The notes: generated from the letters alone by a model not told the origin. Positions 49,678 through 60,017 are shown, counted from the first letter of the stretch. The stretch: DNA of 64,000 nt from Thermodesulfobacteriota bacterium (GCA_965216785.1 OZ244197.1:1376001-1440000); one strand, 5' to 3'. Translations and numbers: made by a program.

Positions 49678-49799
49678 TTAAGTTTATACAATATTCTCCA
49701 ACTGAACAGTATCTCGCTTAACCTCGGGGAAAGAAAGCTATAGTTAATCGCAGTACCCGGAGCACAATATTGACCTCCCCATTCTGATGCTCTATATTT

Positions 49800-51041
49800 T
49801 TGAGCGAATCAAAAAGGTATGAATGTGAGGAGCACGCGTTGAATTTTATAGAACCTGAAAAGCAGATTAGGATATTAAGAAGGGGTGTTGAGGAAATAAT
49901 CTCAGAGGAAGAGCTTTTATCAAAGCTCAGGAAATCTAAAGAAAAGAACACGCCGCTTCGGGTAAAAGCGGGGTTTGATCCCACCGCGCCAGATCTTCAC
50001 CTCGGGCACTCCGTGCTTCTCAGAAAGCTCAGGCAGTTCCAGGACCTCGGGCACACGGTGCTGTTTCTGATAGGCGATTTCACGGCTATGATCGGGGATC
50101 CCTCGGGCCGCTCGGAGACAAGGCCCCCTCTTACCGAGGCCGAGGTTAAAGAGAACGCGCTCACTTACGAAAGGCAGGTTTTCAAAATACTCCTTAAAGA
50201 AAGGACTGAAGTTGTATTTAATTCTTCCTGGCTCTCCGGGATGTCGGCGATCGACCTCTTGAAGCTCTCCTCACAGGGTAACGTGGCCAGGATGCTGGAG
50301 CGGGACGACTTTGAGAAGCGCTACAAAAGCGGCGTATCTATTACGATTAACGAATTTCTATACCCTCTCATTCAGGCGTATGATTCCGCGGTGTTAAAAT
50401 CTGACGTGGAGTTCGGCGGGACAGATCAAAAGTTCAATATACTACTTGGGAGAGACCTTCAGCGTCACTACGGGGTAGAGCCACAGATTGCTATATTGCT
50501 GCCGATACTCGAGGGGCTGGACGGTGTAAGGAAGATGTCTAAATCCCTTAACAATTACGTCGCGCTCGAGGACACGTCCGTTGAGATGTTCGGAAAGCTC
50601 ATGTCTCTTTCAGACTCCCTCATGTGGCGCTACTATGAGCTTTTGACCGACAGGACCGACGAGCAGATCAAGGAGCTTAAGAAAGGGCACCCCATGGACG
50701 CCAAGAAAGAGCTTGCGCTCGATATTACCTCCTGGCTTAAGGGAGAAGATGAAGCACTCTTAGCCAAAGCGGACTTTGAAACAAAGTTCTCAACCAGAGA
50801 GTTTCCGAAGGACGCAAGGGAGGTCTCCTTTGAGCGGGGCGGAGATAAGACCCTGCTGGACCTCGTAACCGAGTCTTCTGAGAGATTAAAGAGCCGCGGC
50901 GAGGCAAAGAGGCTCATTCTACAAGGCGGGGTCAGCATCGACGGTGAGAAGGCAACTGATATAAACAGCCCTATGCCGGATGCCGAAACCATTGAGCTTA
51001 GGATCGGTAAGAAGGAATTTGTCTTGGTTAGGTTTAATTAA
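49800..51041 (+). CDS. tyrS: Tyrosine--tRNA ligase
   Basis: [26 protein letters not shown]-terminal S4 domain. Start uncertain. Confidence 0.96.
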   Translation: MSESKRYECEEHALNFIEPEKQIRILRRGVEEIISEEELLSKLRKSKEKNTPLRVKAGFDPTAPDLHLGHSVLLRKLRQFQDLGHTVLFLIGDFTAMIGDPSGRSETRPPLTEAEVKENALTYERQVFKILLKERTEVVFNSSWLSGMSAIDLLKLSSQGNVARMLERDDFEKRYKSGVSITINEFLYPLIQAYDSAVLKSDVEFGGTDQKFNILLGRDLQRHYGVEPQIAILLPILEGLDGVRKMSKSLNNYVALEDTSVEMFGKLMSLSDSLMWRYYELLTDRTDEQIKELKKGHPMDAKKELALDITSWLKGEDEALLAKADFETKFSTREFPKDAREVSFERGGDKTLLDLVTESSERLKSRGEAKRLILQGGVSIDGEKATDINSPMPDAETIELRIGKKEFVLVRFN

Positions 51042-51042
51042 A

Positions 51043-51426
51043 GGCGAGCGGGCCTGTAAGCCGAATTCTGTCTTGGACAATCATTCATCTGGGACATCCA
51101 TTGCTGAATGCCTCTCGCAACTTACCCGGAAGCTCTGGGCGGGCAGCCCTTTATTTCCTAAGAAAAACGCTCCCCTATTTTGTTTTTCTCCAAGCGGGGT
51201 TTACCGTGCCGCGGACTGTCGCCAATCCGCGCGGTGGTCTCTTACACCCCCATTTCACCCTTACCGGTCTTTCCCGAGGGAAGGACTTAGGCGGTATATT
51301 TTCTGCGGCACTTTCCGTTGCCTCACGGCACCTGGGAGTTACCCAGCGCTCTGCCCTAGGGAGTTCGGACTTTCCTCCAGTCTCCGGTACTAGCCCGGAA
51401 ACCAGCGATTGCCCGGCTCACTCGCC
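51043..51426 (-). ncRNA. rnpB: RNase P RNA, bacterial type A
   Basis: Minus strand has GGAGGAAAGTCCG, GGAAAGTGCCGCAGAAAA, GGTAAGGGTGAAA, GGTAAACCCC, ACAGAATTCGGCTTA; P1 pairing GGCGAGTG.../...CGCTCGCC. Confidence 0.96.
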
Positions 51427-51427
51427 T

Positions 51428-51874
51428 TTAATTAAAATATTCATCAATTGCCAGGTTTGCAAGTCTGTCCGCCTCTGCGTTCTGCTCCCTTGGGATATGG
51501 CGGATGGTTATGTCGCTGAAGCCTGAGAATAGGCTCCGGGCTTTTTTGTTAAGCGGGATAATTTCAGCGTGTTTGACTTTCCACAAACCGTTCACCTGGT
51601 TTGCTACGAGAAGTGAGTCTGTGAAGATGCGAATAGGCTGGCCGTTTAACTCTTTTGCCGATTCAAGCGCTTCAATCAGCGCGGTGTACTCGGCTTGGTT
51701 GTTGGTTTTTGTGCCTAGATATTTAGTGATCTCGCGGGACTTGCCGCCGGGCTCTTTAATTAGAATGCCGATTCCAGCATCCCCGGGGTTCCCTCTGGAA
51801 GCGCCGTCTATATATATTTGTACCGTGTCTGTGTCCAATTCTTCGCTGCCGCCGCTATCCTGTTTGCGCTTCAC
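51428..51874 (-). CDS. rnhA: Ribonuclease HI
   Basis: YIDGASRGNPG, TNNQAEY.AL, TDS.LV..Q, HIPREQN..AD.LAN. Confidence 0.93.
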   Translation of the reverse strand: MKRKQDSGGSEELDTDTVQIYIDGASRGNPGDAGIGILIKEPGGKSREITKYLGTKTNNQAEYTALIEALESAKELNGQPIRIFTDSLLVANQVNGLWKVKHAEIIPLNKKARSLFSGFSDITIRHIPREQNAEADRLANLAIDEYFN

Positions 51875-52583
51875 TTTGTTTTTCTTCTTCGCAGTAAAGA
51901 ATCTTTTTACAGTTTGGGCACTGAATTATCCTCGAAAGCGTAAGCACTTCATTGAAAAGCTGTGGAGGGATATTCATATGACACCCTGTGCATACTTCAT
52001 TCTTAGCAAGAGCAAGTGCCGTCCCGTCTCTTTTCATTATTTTTTCATATACGGGGAGTATCTCCGGGCTTATTTTTGAAGCAATGTTTTCTTTCTCTGC
52101 TTTTTTCGGCGTGTACTGTACTTTTACTTCCTCGAGCTTTTCTTTTATCCCGTCAATTTTTTCCTTGTACTCTTCTTCTTTTAAGGAAAGCTCCTGTTCG
52201 AGCTCGGAAATGTTAGTTTCAAGACCCTCTATTTTCTCCATTTCCCCTATAAGGTTTTCTTCAAGCTCCGAATTTGTTCTTTTTGTGTCAGAGATTTCTT
52301 TTTGAAGCGCCGCGTATTCCTTGTGGGTCTTAATGTCAAACAGTTTCTCTTCAGACTTCTTAATAGTCTCCTCATTACTTGCCAGTTCCTGCTCAAGTTT
52401 GGTTTTGCTTTCAATAAGTTGTTCAAGTTGTGTTTTTAATTCGGAAAGTGTGTTTCGGGCTGTTTCTAACTCATGCTCAAATGCTGAAATTCTTTCGGGG
52501 TACTCTTTTAGATGTACCTCTAATTCGCTGAGCTCCGTATCGATACGCTGGAGCTCATCGATAACCACAATTTGGTCTTTCAT
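51855..52583 (-). CDS. C4-type zinc-ribbon coiled-coil protein (DUF164)
   Basis: LQ.ID...long coiled coil...CTGCHM.IPPQ...CPNC..IL; conserved synteny with rnhA-rnpB. Confidence 0.9.
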   Translation of the reverse strand: MKDQIVVIDELQRIDTELSELEVHLKEYPERISAFEHELETARNTLSELKTQLEQLIESKTKLEQELASNEETIKKSEEKLFDIKTHKEYAALQKEISDTKRTNSELEENLIGEMEKIEGLETNISELEQELSLKEEEYKEKIDGIKEKLEEVKVQYTPKKAEKENIASKISPEILPVYEKIMKRDGTALALAKNEVCTGCHMNIPPQLFNEVLTLSRIIQCPNCKKILYCEEEKQSEAQTG

Positions 52584-52737
52584 ATACCCCTCCCTTGTGT
52601 GTGTAATTTTTAATTCTGACCCTTAGAAATGGTGAGCTACTTCCCCGAAATGAAGGGATGATTAAGTTCGTTGAATGCAGACTGTTAGTAGTTTTGACTG
52701 CTCTATACATGTAACATGCCGTAATTAAAACGTTTTT

Positions 52738-52811
52738 TGGGCCCACCCGGACTCGAACCAGGGACCAACGGATTATGAGTCCGCCGCTCTAACCAACTGA
52801 GCTATGGGCCC
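52738..52811 (-). tRNA. tRNA with CAT anticodon, probably tRNA-Ile2
   Basis: GGGCCCATAGCTCAGTTGGTTAGAGC GGCGGA-CTCATAA-TCCGT...GGTTCGAGTCC GGGTGGGCCC-A. Ile2-like acceptor stem; CCA not encoded. Confidence 0.9.
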
Positions 52812-53046
52812 TAACACTCGTTTAGTAAACTTATTATTCTAGAGTAGGAACATTATTTTGTCAAACTTAGGGTGTGTAGAGAACAAGTATTGCAATGATT
52901 ACAGTGAGTTGCGTGACTCTCAAGACTCTTGCTCCTGTTGTGGTCACCTGTAATTTGGCTCATTTTCTATATTACGCAATAAATTACGGACGATTAATTG
53001 CCGGGGGCGGGTTTTTAGAGATGTCACGCTATTTTTTTATGCCGGG

Positions 53047-53976
53047 TTACTTTTTAAGCGCGTAATTTCTGGACTTAAGGATCTTATAGTACCCGAGTAC
53101 TCTTGTGATGTACTCCGTAGTCTCCGGGTATGGGGGAATGGTAAAACCGTGTTTAATGACCGCTCCCTTTCCGGCATTGTACGCAGCTAAAGAAAGCCTG
53201 AGGTCGCCGTCAAAGTAGTTTAGAAGATCGCTTAGGTATTCGACTCCCCCGTCCATATTCTCTTTCGCGTCAAAAGGATTGTTCACACCGTAGTCACTTG
53301 CGGTCTCGGGAATTAGCTGCATTATGCCCTGCGCATTTTTAGGCGACACGGCGCCCGGGTCAAAGTTTGATTCTGCTTTTATTACCGCTTTTACCAGATA
53401 GGGGTCTACATCGTGCTTGGCGCTTACACTCATTATGTCCTTATCGTAATCTGTGACGAATTTATGTGATAGCATGCTTAAATCGCTAGCTCCATCGCCT
53501 TTTCTTACGATTTTATATCTTGACAGAGCCCCCGGACCGTTAAACACCACGGTCGGCATCTTGTTGTTACATTCCATGGTCTCGAAATTCCCCGATCTTT
53601 CAATCAATATAATGCATTTTGAAATCTCGACCACCTTAACCGGCTCAGAGCTTATTATGTCTATCCTATCACCTTCATAATAGCTCCCCAGCTCCCCGGT
53701 AACAGGGTTCTTTAACAGTACTTTTCTTTTGTTTCCGTTGGTTAGTGTCCCTAGCACGTTGAGCCCGAGGTCTGAAGTTGAAACCTCTATTGCCAGTATC
53801 TCATGAGCATTTTCGACACTGGGAATTAAAGATTCATCTTGGGAAATAGCCGAAGATGCATCCGTGTCCGGGGAAACGGATTTCTCCTTTCCCATAACCG
53901 CGGAAGTAAGGAATAAAATGAATAACAGACAAAAAGGTAGAGAAAAATATAGGTTTTTCATGCTATGGAAGCTCAT
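53047..53976 (-). CDS. Lytic transglycosylase (SLT) with N-terminal GspC/PilP-like domain
   Basis: AVIKAESNF.P.AVS.K.A.G.MQL.P.TA, LAAYNAG, PPY.ET..Y; signal/TM segment; N-terminal L.VLGT...LL....G....Y.EGD.I. Confidence 0.85.
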   Translation of the reverse strand: MSFHSMKNLYFSLPFCLLFILFLTSAVMGKEKSVSPDTDASSAISQDESLIPSVENAHEILAIEVSTSDLGLNVLGTLTNGNKRKVLLKNPVTGELGSYYEGDRIDIISSEPVKVVEISKCIILIERSGNFETMECNNKMPTVVFNGPGALSRYKIVRKGDGASDLSMLSHKFVTDYDKDIMSVSAKHDVDPYLVKAVIKAESNFDPGAVSPKNAQGIMQLIPETASDYGVNNPFDAKENMDGGVEYLSDLLNYFDGDLRLSLAAYNAGKGAVIKHGFTIPPYPETTEYITRVLGYYKILKSRNYALKK

Positions 53977-54231
53977 TTCCTCTAGTTTCAGAATAAATGA
54001 TTGGAGGCGAAAAGTAAATAATAAATTTATAGTGGATAAAGCTTATCTATAAGACTGCTGGAGAACTTCTGAGGGCCCGGACGCAGAAAATTCGGATGAG
54101 GTCCGAAAGACTGAAATGAGATTTAACGGACCGAGAGCGGAATATTGCTATTATGAGCGAAGCTGTCCCGTTTAAATTTGTCTAGGGTATCAGGGTTTAA
54201 GGTTACTTGCCGACCCGGCAGCAGCTTTTGA

Positions 54232-54642
54232 TTATACTGCGTAGAACTTATAAGACTTGACGTCTTTTCCGTCCCTCGTCTTTTTTACCGTGCCAACGGT
54301 AACACCCATCTTCTGACCCATCTTGAGTCCTTCGGGGTCATCCGTTTCAACCTGTGCCATTACCCTAACGCCTTCTGGGAAATCCACCAATGCGAGCGCA
54401 TAGGGAACCGGGAATTCAGGCATGCTTCTCCTGACAATTGTAAACGAATGGAGCTCCCCTTCGGGGCTCAGCATCTTTTCTTCTATCTCGTCCGAGAAGC
54501 TGACCGGATCTGCCAGATATCTGGGGAATGTCCAGTTATCTGACTCTTTAGAGTAACCCGCAATGAGCCTAACTCTACCCTTGTCGTCAACTCCGAAAAG
54601 TTCGGGAAATAAAACTTCGTCTTTTTCTGAAATCTCTGCCAT
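54232..54642 (-). CDS. DUF35/ChsH2-like OB-fold protein
   Basis: LS.EG.LHSFTIV.....F.VPY....VD.PEG.RV..Q.......L..G..; ATG at 54642 after AGGAG. Confidence 0.8.
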   Translation of the reverse strand: MAEISEKDEVLFPELFGVDDKGRVRLIAGYSKESDNWTFPRYLADPVSFSDEIEEKMLSPEGELHSFTIVRRSMPEFPVPYALALVDFPEGVRVMAQVETDDPEGLKMGQKMGVTVGTVKKTRDGKDVKSYKFYAV

Positions 54643-54765
54643 TTCTACTATATCTCCTAAGAAATTTTGAGTCCCGTATATATTACATCCAAAAATTATT
54701 AAGTCTAGGGCAGTTGGCGTGAGGGGGTTTGTCAAGGCAGCAAATTCTTAGTAGAATAAAGCCCT

Positions 54766-55566
54766 GTGAGCAGCAAAACTCCCAGGGCGCTCAGTATTGC
54801 CGGTTCCGATTCGGGTGGGTGCGCCGGAATACAAGCGGACCTTAAAACTTTTACGGCGCTAGGGGTTTACGGTATGTCCGTTGTGACTTCTGTAACGGCG
54901 CAGAATACACAGAGCGTAGCGGGAATACACGAGCTGCCGAGCGAATTTGTGGAGCTTCAGATCGACGCCGTACTGGGAGATATAGGCACCGATGCCGTGA
55001 AGCTGGGAATGCTTCCCAATGAGGGTATTGTCTCAGCCGCTGCCAAAAAGCTGAGCGAATACGGGGTGGAAAATATTGTTCTTGACCCCGTTATGGTCTC
55101 CACAACCGGTGCTGTGCTTGCTGATGAGGGAGCTGTGAAATCTATCATTAGAAACCTACTTCCGATTAGCTATGTAATTATGCCGAACCTCCCTGAAGCG
55201 CAGGCTCTTAGTAGTCAGCAAGTGACTACGGTTGATGATATGAAAGGGGCCGCACGGAAGATAAAATCACTTGGGCCTAAGTATGTGTTAATTAAGGGGG
55301 GGCACTTGGACAGTTCGCCGGATTCCGTGGATGTGCTTTACGACGGGAGTGATTTTACCGAATTCAGGGCTCCCAGGATAAATACTAAAAACACTCATGG
55401 GGGAGGGTGCACATACTCGGCTGCGGTGTGCGCGTATTTGGCAAAGGGGGAGTCTCTATATGAGGCGGTAAAGGAAGCGAAGAAATATGTTACGGAGGCT
55501 ATTTCAAGATCGTTTGACCTGGGGAAGGGGCACGGACCGTTAAACCACTATTGGAAAATAAAATAA
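54766..55566 (+). CDS. thiD: Hydroxymethylpyrimidine/phosphomethylpyrimidine kinase
   Basis: IAGSDSGG.AGIQADLKT, TAQNT, DPVM, PN..EA, KGGH, THG.GCT. Confidence 0.95.
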   Translation: MSSKTPRALSIAGSDSGGCAGIQADLKTFTALGVYGMSVVTSVTAQNTQSVAGIHELPSEFVELQIDAVLGDIGTDAVKLGMLPNEGIVSAAAKKLSEYGVENIVLDPVMVSTTGAVLADEGAVKSIIRNLLPISYVIMPNLPEAQALSSQQVTTVDDMKGAARKIKSLGPKYVLIKGGHLDSSPDSVDVLYDGSDFTEFRAPRINTKNTHGGGCTYSAAVCAYLAKGESLYEAVKEAKKYVTEAISRSFDLGKGHGPLNHYWKIK

Positions 55567-55590
55567 AACTTACTCAAAGAGGGATATAAT

Positions 55591-56439
55591 ATGGCTCAGA
55601 TTATAGACGGAAAAGAGGTTTCACAGTATATAAGAGGAGAGGTCGCAAAAGGCGTGTCTCAACTCGTTGATAGCTCAGCTATAACTCCGGGACTCGCGGC
55701 GGTTCTTGTGGGTGAGGACCCGGCCTCTGAGATCTATGTGAGAAATAAAAGAAAGGCCTGCACTGAGGCGGGAATGTACTCTGAGGAACATAAGCTTCCG
55801 GCAGAGACAACAGAGCAAGAGCTTCTCACGCTCGTTGAGAAGCTGAATAATGATCCTAAAATCCATGGCATTCTCGTGCAGCTGCCGCTGCCCGATCATA
55901 TAAATGAGACAAAAGTGCTTAGGGCGGTGTCTCCGGACAAGGACGTGGACGGCTTTCATCCATTCAACGTGGGTCTTTTGGTCGAGGGCAACCCGAGGTT
56001 TATTTCCTGCACGCCTCACGGGATTATCAAGATGCTCGAGTACTACGATATAGATATAAAAGGAAAAGAGGCGGTTGTAGTTGGCAGGAGTAATATTGTT
56101 GGAAAGCCTGTAGCGATGCTTCTGCTTCACCGTCACGCAACCGTCACCGTCTGTCATTCCCGTACGAAGGATCTTCCGGAGGTCACCCGAAGGGCAGATA
56201 TACTCGTTGCCGCCATAGGGCGCGCAAACTTCGTCACGGAGGATATGGTGAAGGAAGGCGCTGTAGTGATAGACGTCGGCATAAACCGTAATGAAGAGGG
56301 CAAGCTAACCGGGGACGTAGACTTTGCGAATGTCGAGAAAAAAGCCTCATACATAACGCCCGTGCCGGGCGGGGTAGGGCCGATGACCATCTCCATGCTC
56401 TTATGGAATACCCTTGAATCGGCAAAAGCGGGTTCATAG
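55591..56439 (+). CDS. folD: Methylenetetrahydrofolate dehydrogenase/cyclohydrolase
   Basis: GILVQLPLP, KDVDGFHP, GRSNIVGKP, ITPVPGGVGPMT. Confidence 0.97.
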   Translation: MAQIIDGKEVSQYIRGEVAKGVSQLVDSSAITPGLAAVLVGEDPASEIYVRNKRKACTEAGMYSEEHKLPAETTEQELLTLVEKLNNDPKIHGILVQLPLPDHINETKVLRAVSPDKDVDGFHPFNVGLLVEGNPRFISCTPHGIIKMLEYYDIDIKGKEAVVVGRSNIVGKPVAMLLLHRHATVTVCHSRTKDLPEVTRRADILVAAIGRANFVTEDMVKEGAVVIDVGINRNEEGKLTGDVDFANVEKKASYITPVPGGVGPMTISMLLWNTLESAKAGS

Positions 56440-56476
56440 ATCAGCCATTTGCGGGTTTGAGAGCAGCTTGTTTTAT

Positions 56477-57550
56477 TTATCTGCCGGAGCTCTCTAATCG
56501 GTCACTGAGAGTTTCTACAAATTCGCCAGTAAAGTATTCACCCACTACATTATTGCCGATGCTGTTAAGGTGTCCGTCCAGGCGGTAATAGAGATCGGTG
56601 TTCTCTTTATTACTGTAATCCGCCAGTACATCTAATACCGAAATCCATGTAAAACCGTTTTCCTTGGCGAATGCTCCTAATTCATCGTCGATAATATCGA
56701 CATCCGTGTTTTCAAATTGATAGCTGTTCGCCTTATAAAGCACCTGAAACTGCTGGGGTATGGACAGAACCATAAGCTCAGCGTCTCTTTTCTCACAGTA
56801 TTTTGCGGCTCTTAGTAGAAGGTCTTTTGTTATCGCGAGTTGATCGTTAAAAATGCTGGTCGGCTTAGATCTGAAATATTCAGAGCGTCCTGTAATGCTA
56901 TAAAGCTTGGAATAAACCCAGTCGCTGGATATAAGTATGCGCTTATAAAGTGTCAACAGGTTGAAGGTAGAGCTTTTTTCGTTTTTTGTGCGAACGGTTT
57001 TATCATTTGTCCTAACACTTCCCTCTGAAATAGGAGTGTTTGTAAACAGATCGTTCGGTAAGAATACCAATACTACAATATCAGGCTCATATTTTGGGAA
57101 TAATCTTTCGAGCAGCAGTACTTCTTTTGTCGTATCGTAAGCAGGAATCCCCGCTTTTATAACTTCGGCCTCAAAGCCATTGTCCGCGAGCTTTTCTTCA
57201 AATATAACGGGCCATATCTCCTCATACTGAACGCCGTCGCCGAACGTAAAGGAATCGCCCAGTAATAAAATCCGTGTTACTCCAGGAGTTTTAGGTTTTG
57301 TATGATTTTCCCGATCCCTAAAACCCTCGTCGCTTATCCCGTACTCAACAAAGAACTCCGGGGTTTTCACGGTAGTTAAAGAGCCCGGTCTGTTACTATG
57401 TCCAAGAACGCTGTCCGAGAGTCCCAGCGACTCGTTTTTATATGTTATTATAGGTTCCTGCGGGAAAAAGGTGCTTAGTGTGATCTCGAAAAGAGCAAGA
57501 ATCAGTATGGTTGCCGCAGTAACAATCAGGACTTTTTTAAAGAAACTCAT
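56477..57550 (-). CDS. SGNH/GDSL hydrolase or acyltransferase (membrane-anchored)
   Basis: ILLLGDSFTFG, PND, DGHLN..G; N-terminal TM helix. Confidence 0.82.
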   Translation of the reverse strand: MSFFKKVLIVTAATILILALFEITLSTFFPQEPIITYKNESLGLSDSVLGHSNRPGSLTTVKTPEFFVEYGISDEGFRDRENHTKPKTPGVTRILLLGDSFTFGDGVQYEEIWPVIFEEKLADNGFEAEVIKAGIPAYDTTKEVLLLERLFPKYEPDIVVLVFLPNDLFTNTPISEGSVRTNDKTVRTKNEKSSTFNLLTLYKRILISSDWVYSKLYSITGRSEYFRSKPTSIFNDQLAITKDLLLRAAKYCEKRDAELMVLSIPQQFQVLYKANSYQFENTDVDIIDDELGAFAKENGFTWISVLDVLADYSNKENTDLYYRLDGHLNSIGNNVVGEYFTGEFVETLSDRLESSGR

Positions 57551-57817
57551 TTATCTCCCTCATCAGGATTTAAGTATATACCCTTCTTGGAAAATATGAT
57601 GAGAATATAACCAATCCGAGAGGAAATATATAAACCAAAGTGTTGTGCATAACTTCTTCAATCTATACATGCTTAAATATCTGCTTTCATTAGTTGAACA
57701 AATAAAAATATTGTCTAAGCCTCTGATACGACACGTTAATATTATGTATTAAGTGCGTTGTGTATGTGTTTATATCTCTATTGATTTCATGTTGGAAGGC
57801 TGTGGACAACCTGTGGA

Positions 57818-58321
57818 TTACTGTGGATCGGGTGTGGATGGCGGGATTAGCCGTACCACCTTATGAGGGTCCTTAATATTTCCCAGCAGCTCTGATACTG
57901 AAACTTGAAAATGAGGGTGGATCAGCCCGGGCGCTATCTCCGCAAGCGGCTCCAGAACAAAACGTCTTTTGTGAGCCTCCGGGTGGGGTATTTTTAAATC
58001 GGGGTCGTTTAATACCACCTCACCGTAAAAAATTATGTCCAGGTCTATTGTTCGAGGGCCCCATTTTTCTTTTCTAACTCTTCCAAGCTTATTCTCAATC
58101 CTCGATAGCTCGCCTAATAGCTGGTGAGGCGTGATATCTGATATTATCTCTATAGCGCAGTTAATGAAAAGCGGCTGGTCTTCATTGCCCACCGGATCTG
58201 TTTCATAAAATGACGAGACGGCTGTAACGTCCGAGAAAGCTGAGATCTCCTCTATTGCCCTCTTGCAGTTAAGCGTCCTGTCGCCCAGGTTTGATCCTAT
58301 AGCTATATATACTCTTTGCAC
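57818..58321 (-). CDS. folK: 6-hydroxymethyl-7,8-dihydropterin pyrophosphokinase
   Basis: IAIGSNLGD, SS.YET.P, F.N, WGPRTIDLDI, PHP....R.FVL.PL. Confidence 0.95.
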   Translation of the reverse strand: MQRVYIAIGSNLGDRTLNCKRAIEEISAFSDVTAVSSFYETDPVGNEDQPLFINCAIEIISDITPHQLLGELSRIENKLGRVRKEKWGPRTIDLDIIFYGEVVLNDPDLKIPHPEAHKRRFVLEPLAEIAPGLIHPHFQVSVSELLGNIKDPHKVVRLIPPSTPDPQ

Positions 58322-58427
58322 ATGTTAATATTAAATCAAATTTCCAAGTAACAATAGATTGGATATCAAAAGATTTTGACTAAGCTTAAGAGTTTGAATA
58401 CATTTATTTCGCCGGAGGAGACTCAAT

Positions 58428-58706
58428 ATGCCGCTACTTAGTGACGAAGATATACAGGACAAGCTCGGGGGTATTGATGGATGGGAAAGGGTAGACGAGC
58501 AGATTACGAAAACCTATAAATTAAAGAATTACATTGAATCAGTAGGATTTGTTAATAAGGTAGCGCTACTTGCCGAAAGGGCGGATCACCATCCTGATAT
58601 CATACTTCAGTACAATAAGGTCACTGTTACGCTCACTACTCATAGCGACGGGGGGATTACCGAAAAGGATTTTAGTCTTGCCCGTGAGATAGAAGGGGTT
58701 TTCTGA
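58428..58706 (+). CDS. Pterin-4-alpha-carbinolamine dehydratase
   Basis: AE..DHHPD...Y..V...L.TH..GG.TE.D..LA. Confidence 0.93.
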   Translation: MPLLSDEDIQDKLGGIDGWERVDEQITKTYKLKNYIESVGFVNKVALLAERADHHPDIILQYNKVTVTLTTHSDGGITEKDFSLAREIEGVF

Positions 58707-58714
58707 GCTTTAAG

Positions 58715-58999
58715 TTAAGACTGCTTGTCTTTATTCTCTATAACCTCGAAGTCGCCTTCCTCAAGTATTATAGTCTTGCCGCCGTCCCGGGTTTCTCTTG
58801 TTTTTTCTTTCTTACCAAATGAGGAGAATAGCCTCGCGACGCTGAAAATAATTATTAAACCAGCAACAGCTATCCCTATGACAAGGCCGAACACAGCGAG
58901 TACCGCGACTACCAGAACTACTGTTATGATGGCTAGTGGTAGAGCATAGAAGGGCGGTTTTTTACCCTGAAAATAAAACACTCTTCGGTTAGGGTTCAT
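58715..58999 (-). CDS. Small membrane hypothetical protein
   Basis: Long hydrophobic stretch plus C-terminal I.L...DFEV tail; GGAG RBS. Confidence 0.6.
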   Translation of the reverse strand: MNPNRRVFYFQGKKPPFYALPLAIITVVLVVAVLAVFGLVIGIAVAGLIIIFSVARLFSSFGKKEKTRETRDGGKTIILEEGDFEVIENKDKQS

Positions 59000-59078
59000 T
59001 CTTATTTGTCTCCGTGATATTATGGCTATTTACAACAAGTACATATTGTACCCTATTACGTATCTAAAATCTTCTCAT

Positions 59079-60017
59079 TTACACCGGCACTGCAAGCCTG
59101 TCCAGTATGTCTACAATCGCATCCTCAGAAGCGTTTTGCGTTAGGCCGCCGTTTTTGGATATAACTCTGTGAGCAAGCACGGGTACAGCCATTTTCTTTA
59201 TATCGTCAGGTGTGCAGTAAGTCCTGCCTTCTGAAAGCGCTGTGGACTGAGCTGCGGATTTAAGCGCAATGGCTCCCCTCGGGCTCACGCCGAGCTCAAA
59301 TAGGCTCTCGTTACGAGTCTCGTTTATAATAGCTATTATGTAATCCAGGAGTGATTCGTCTACCTTAACGTTTTGAGACATTTTCTGGAGAAGCAGCAGC
59401 TCCTGTTTTGAAATCACAGGCTCGATTCTCTCCCGTATGTCCACGATGCTGTGCTCTTTCAGTATGCTCTTTTCACTCTCACTGTCCGGGTACCCTATAC
59501 TGATCCTGATCGAAAACCTGTCGAGCTCGTTTTCCGGTAGAGGGAACGTACCCTTGTACTCAAACGGGTTCTGTGTGGCGATTACCATAAAAGGCTCGGG
59601 AAGCGCGTATTCTCCGCCGTCAATTGTTACCTTTGCTTCGTTCATCGCTTCAAGGAGAGCGCTCTGTGTTTTGGGGGTCGCTCTGTTTATCTCATCCGCA
59701 AGCACGACGTTTGCGAACAACGGGCCTTCCTTAAAATTAAACTCCCCGCTCTTCTGATCAAGAATTGATACGCCGAGTATGTCCGAGGGCAGCAGGTCGC
59801 TTGTAAACTGTATTCTCTTAAACGTAAGCTCAGTCGAGCTTGCAAGGGCATGCGCTAGTGTGGTTTTCCCGACTCCGGGCACGTCTTCGATCAGTATGTG
59901 CGAGCGGGAAAGGAGAGCGGCGACCACAGTTTTCACAATCTCCTGCTTACCTTTTATTACGGCTCCGATGTTATCTTCAAGCTTCCTTATCTTATCTTTC
60001 AGCTCTTTTTGGTCCAA
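59079..60017 (-). CDS. MoxR family AAA+ ATPase
   Basis: EDVPGVGKT, RIQFT.DLLPSD, LADEINRA.PKTQSALLEAM, ATQNP.E..GT.PLPE..LDRF. Confidence 0.93.
   Translation of the reverse strand: MDQKELKDKIRKLEDNIGAVIKGKQEIVKTVVAALLSRSHILIEDVPGVGKTTLAHALASSTELTFKRIQFTSDLLPSDILGVSILDQKSGEFNFKEGPLFANVVLADEINRATPKTQSALLEAMNEAKVTIDGGEYALPEPFMVIATQNPFEYKGTFPLPENELDRFSIRISIGYPDSESEKSILKEHSIVDIRERIEPVISKQELLLLQKMSQNVKVDESLLDYIIAIINETRNESLFELGVSPRGAIALKSAAQSTALSEGRTYCTPDDIKKMAVPVLAHRVISKNGGLTQNASEDAIVDILDRLAVPV

Noticed and set aside
50980-51526. ORFs of 137 and 141 aa
   Set aside because: Antisense to the RNase P RNA.
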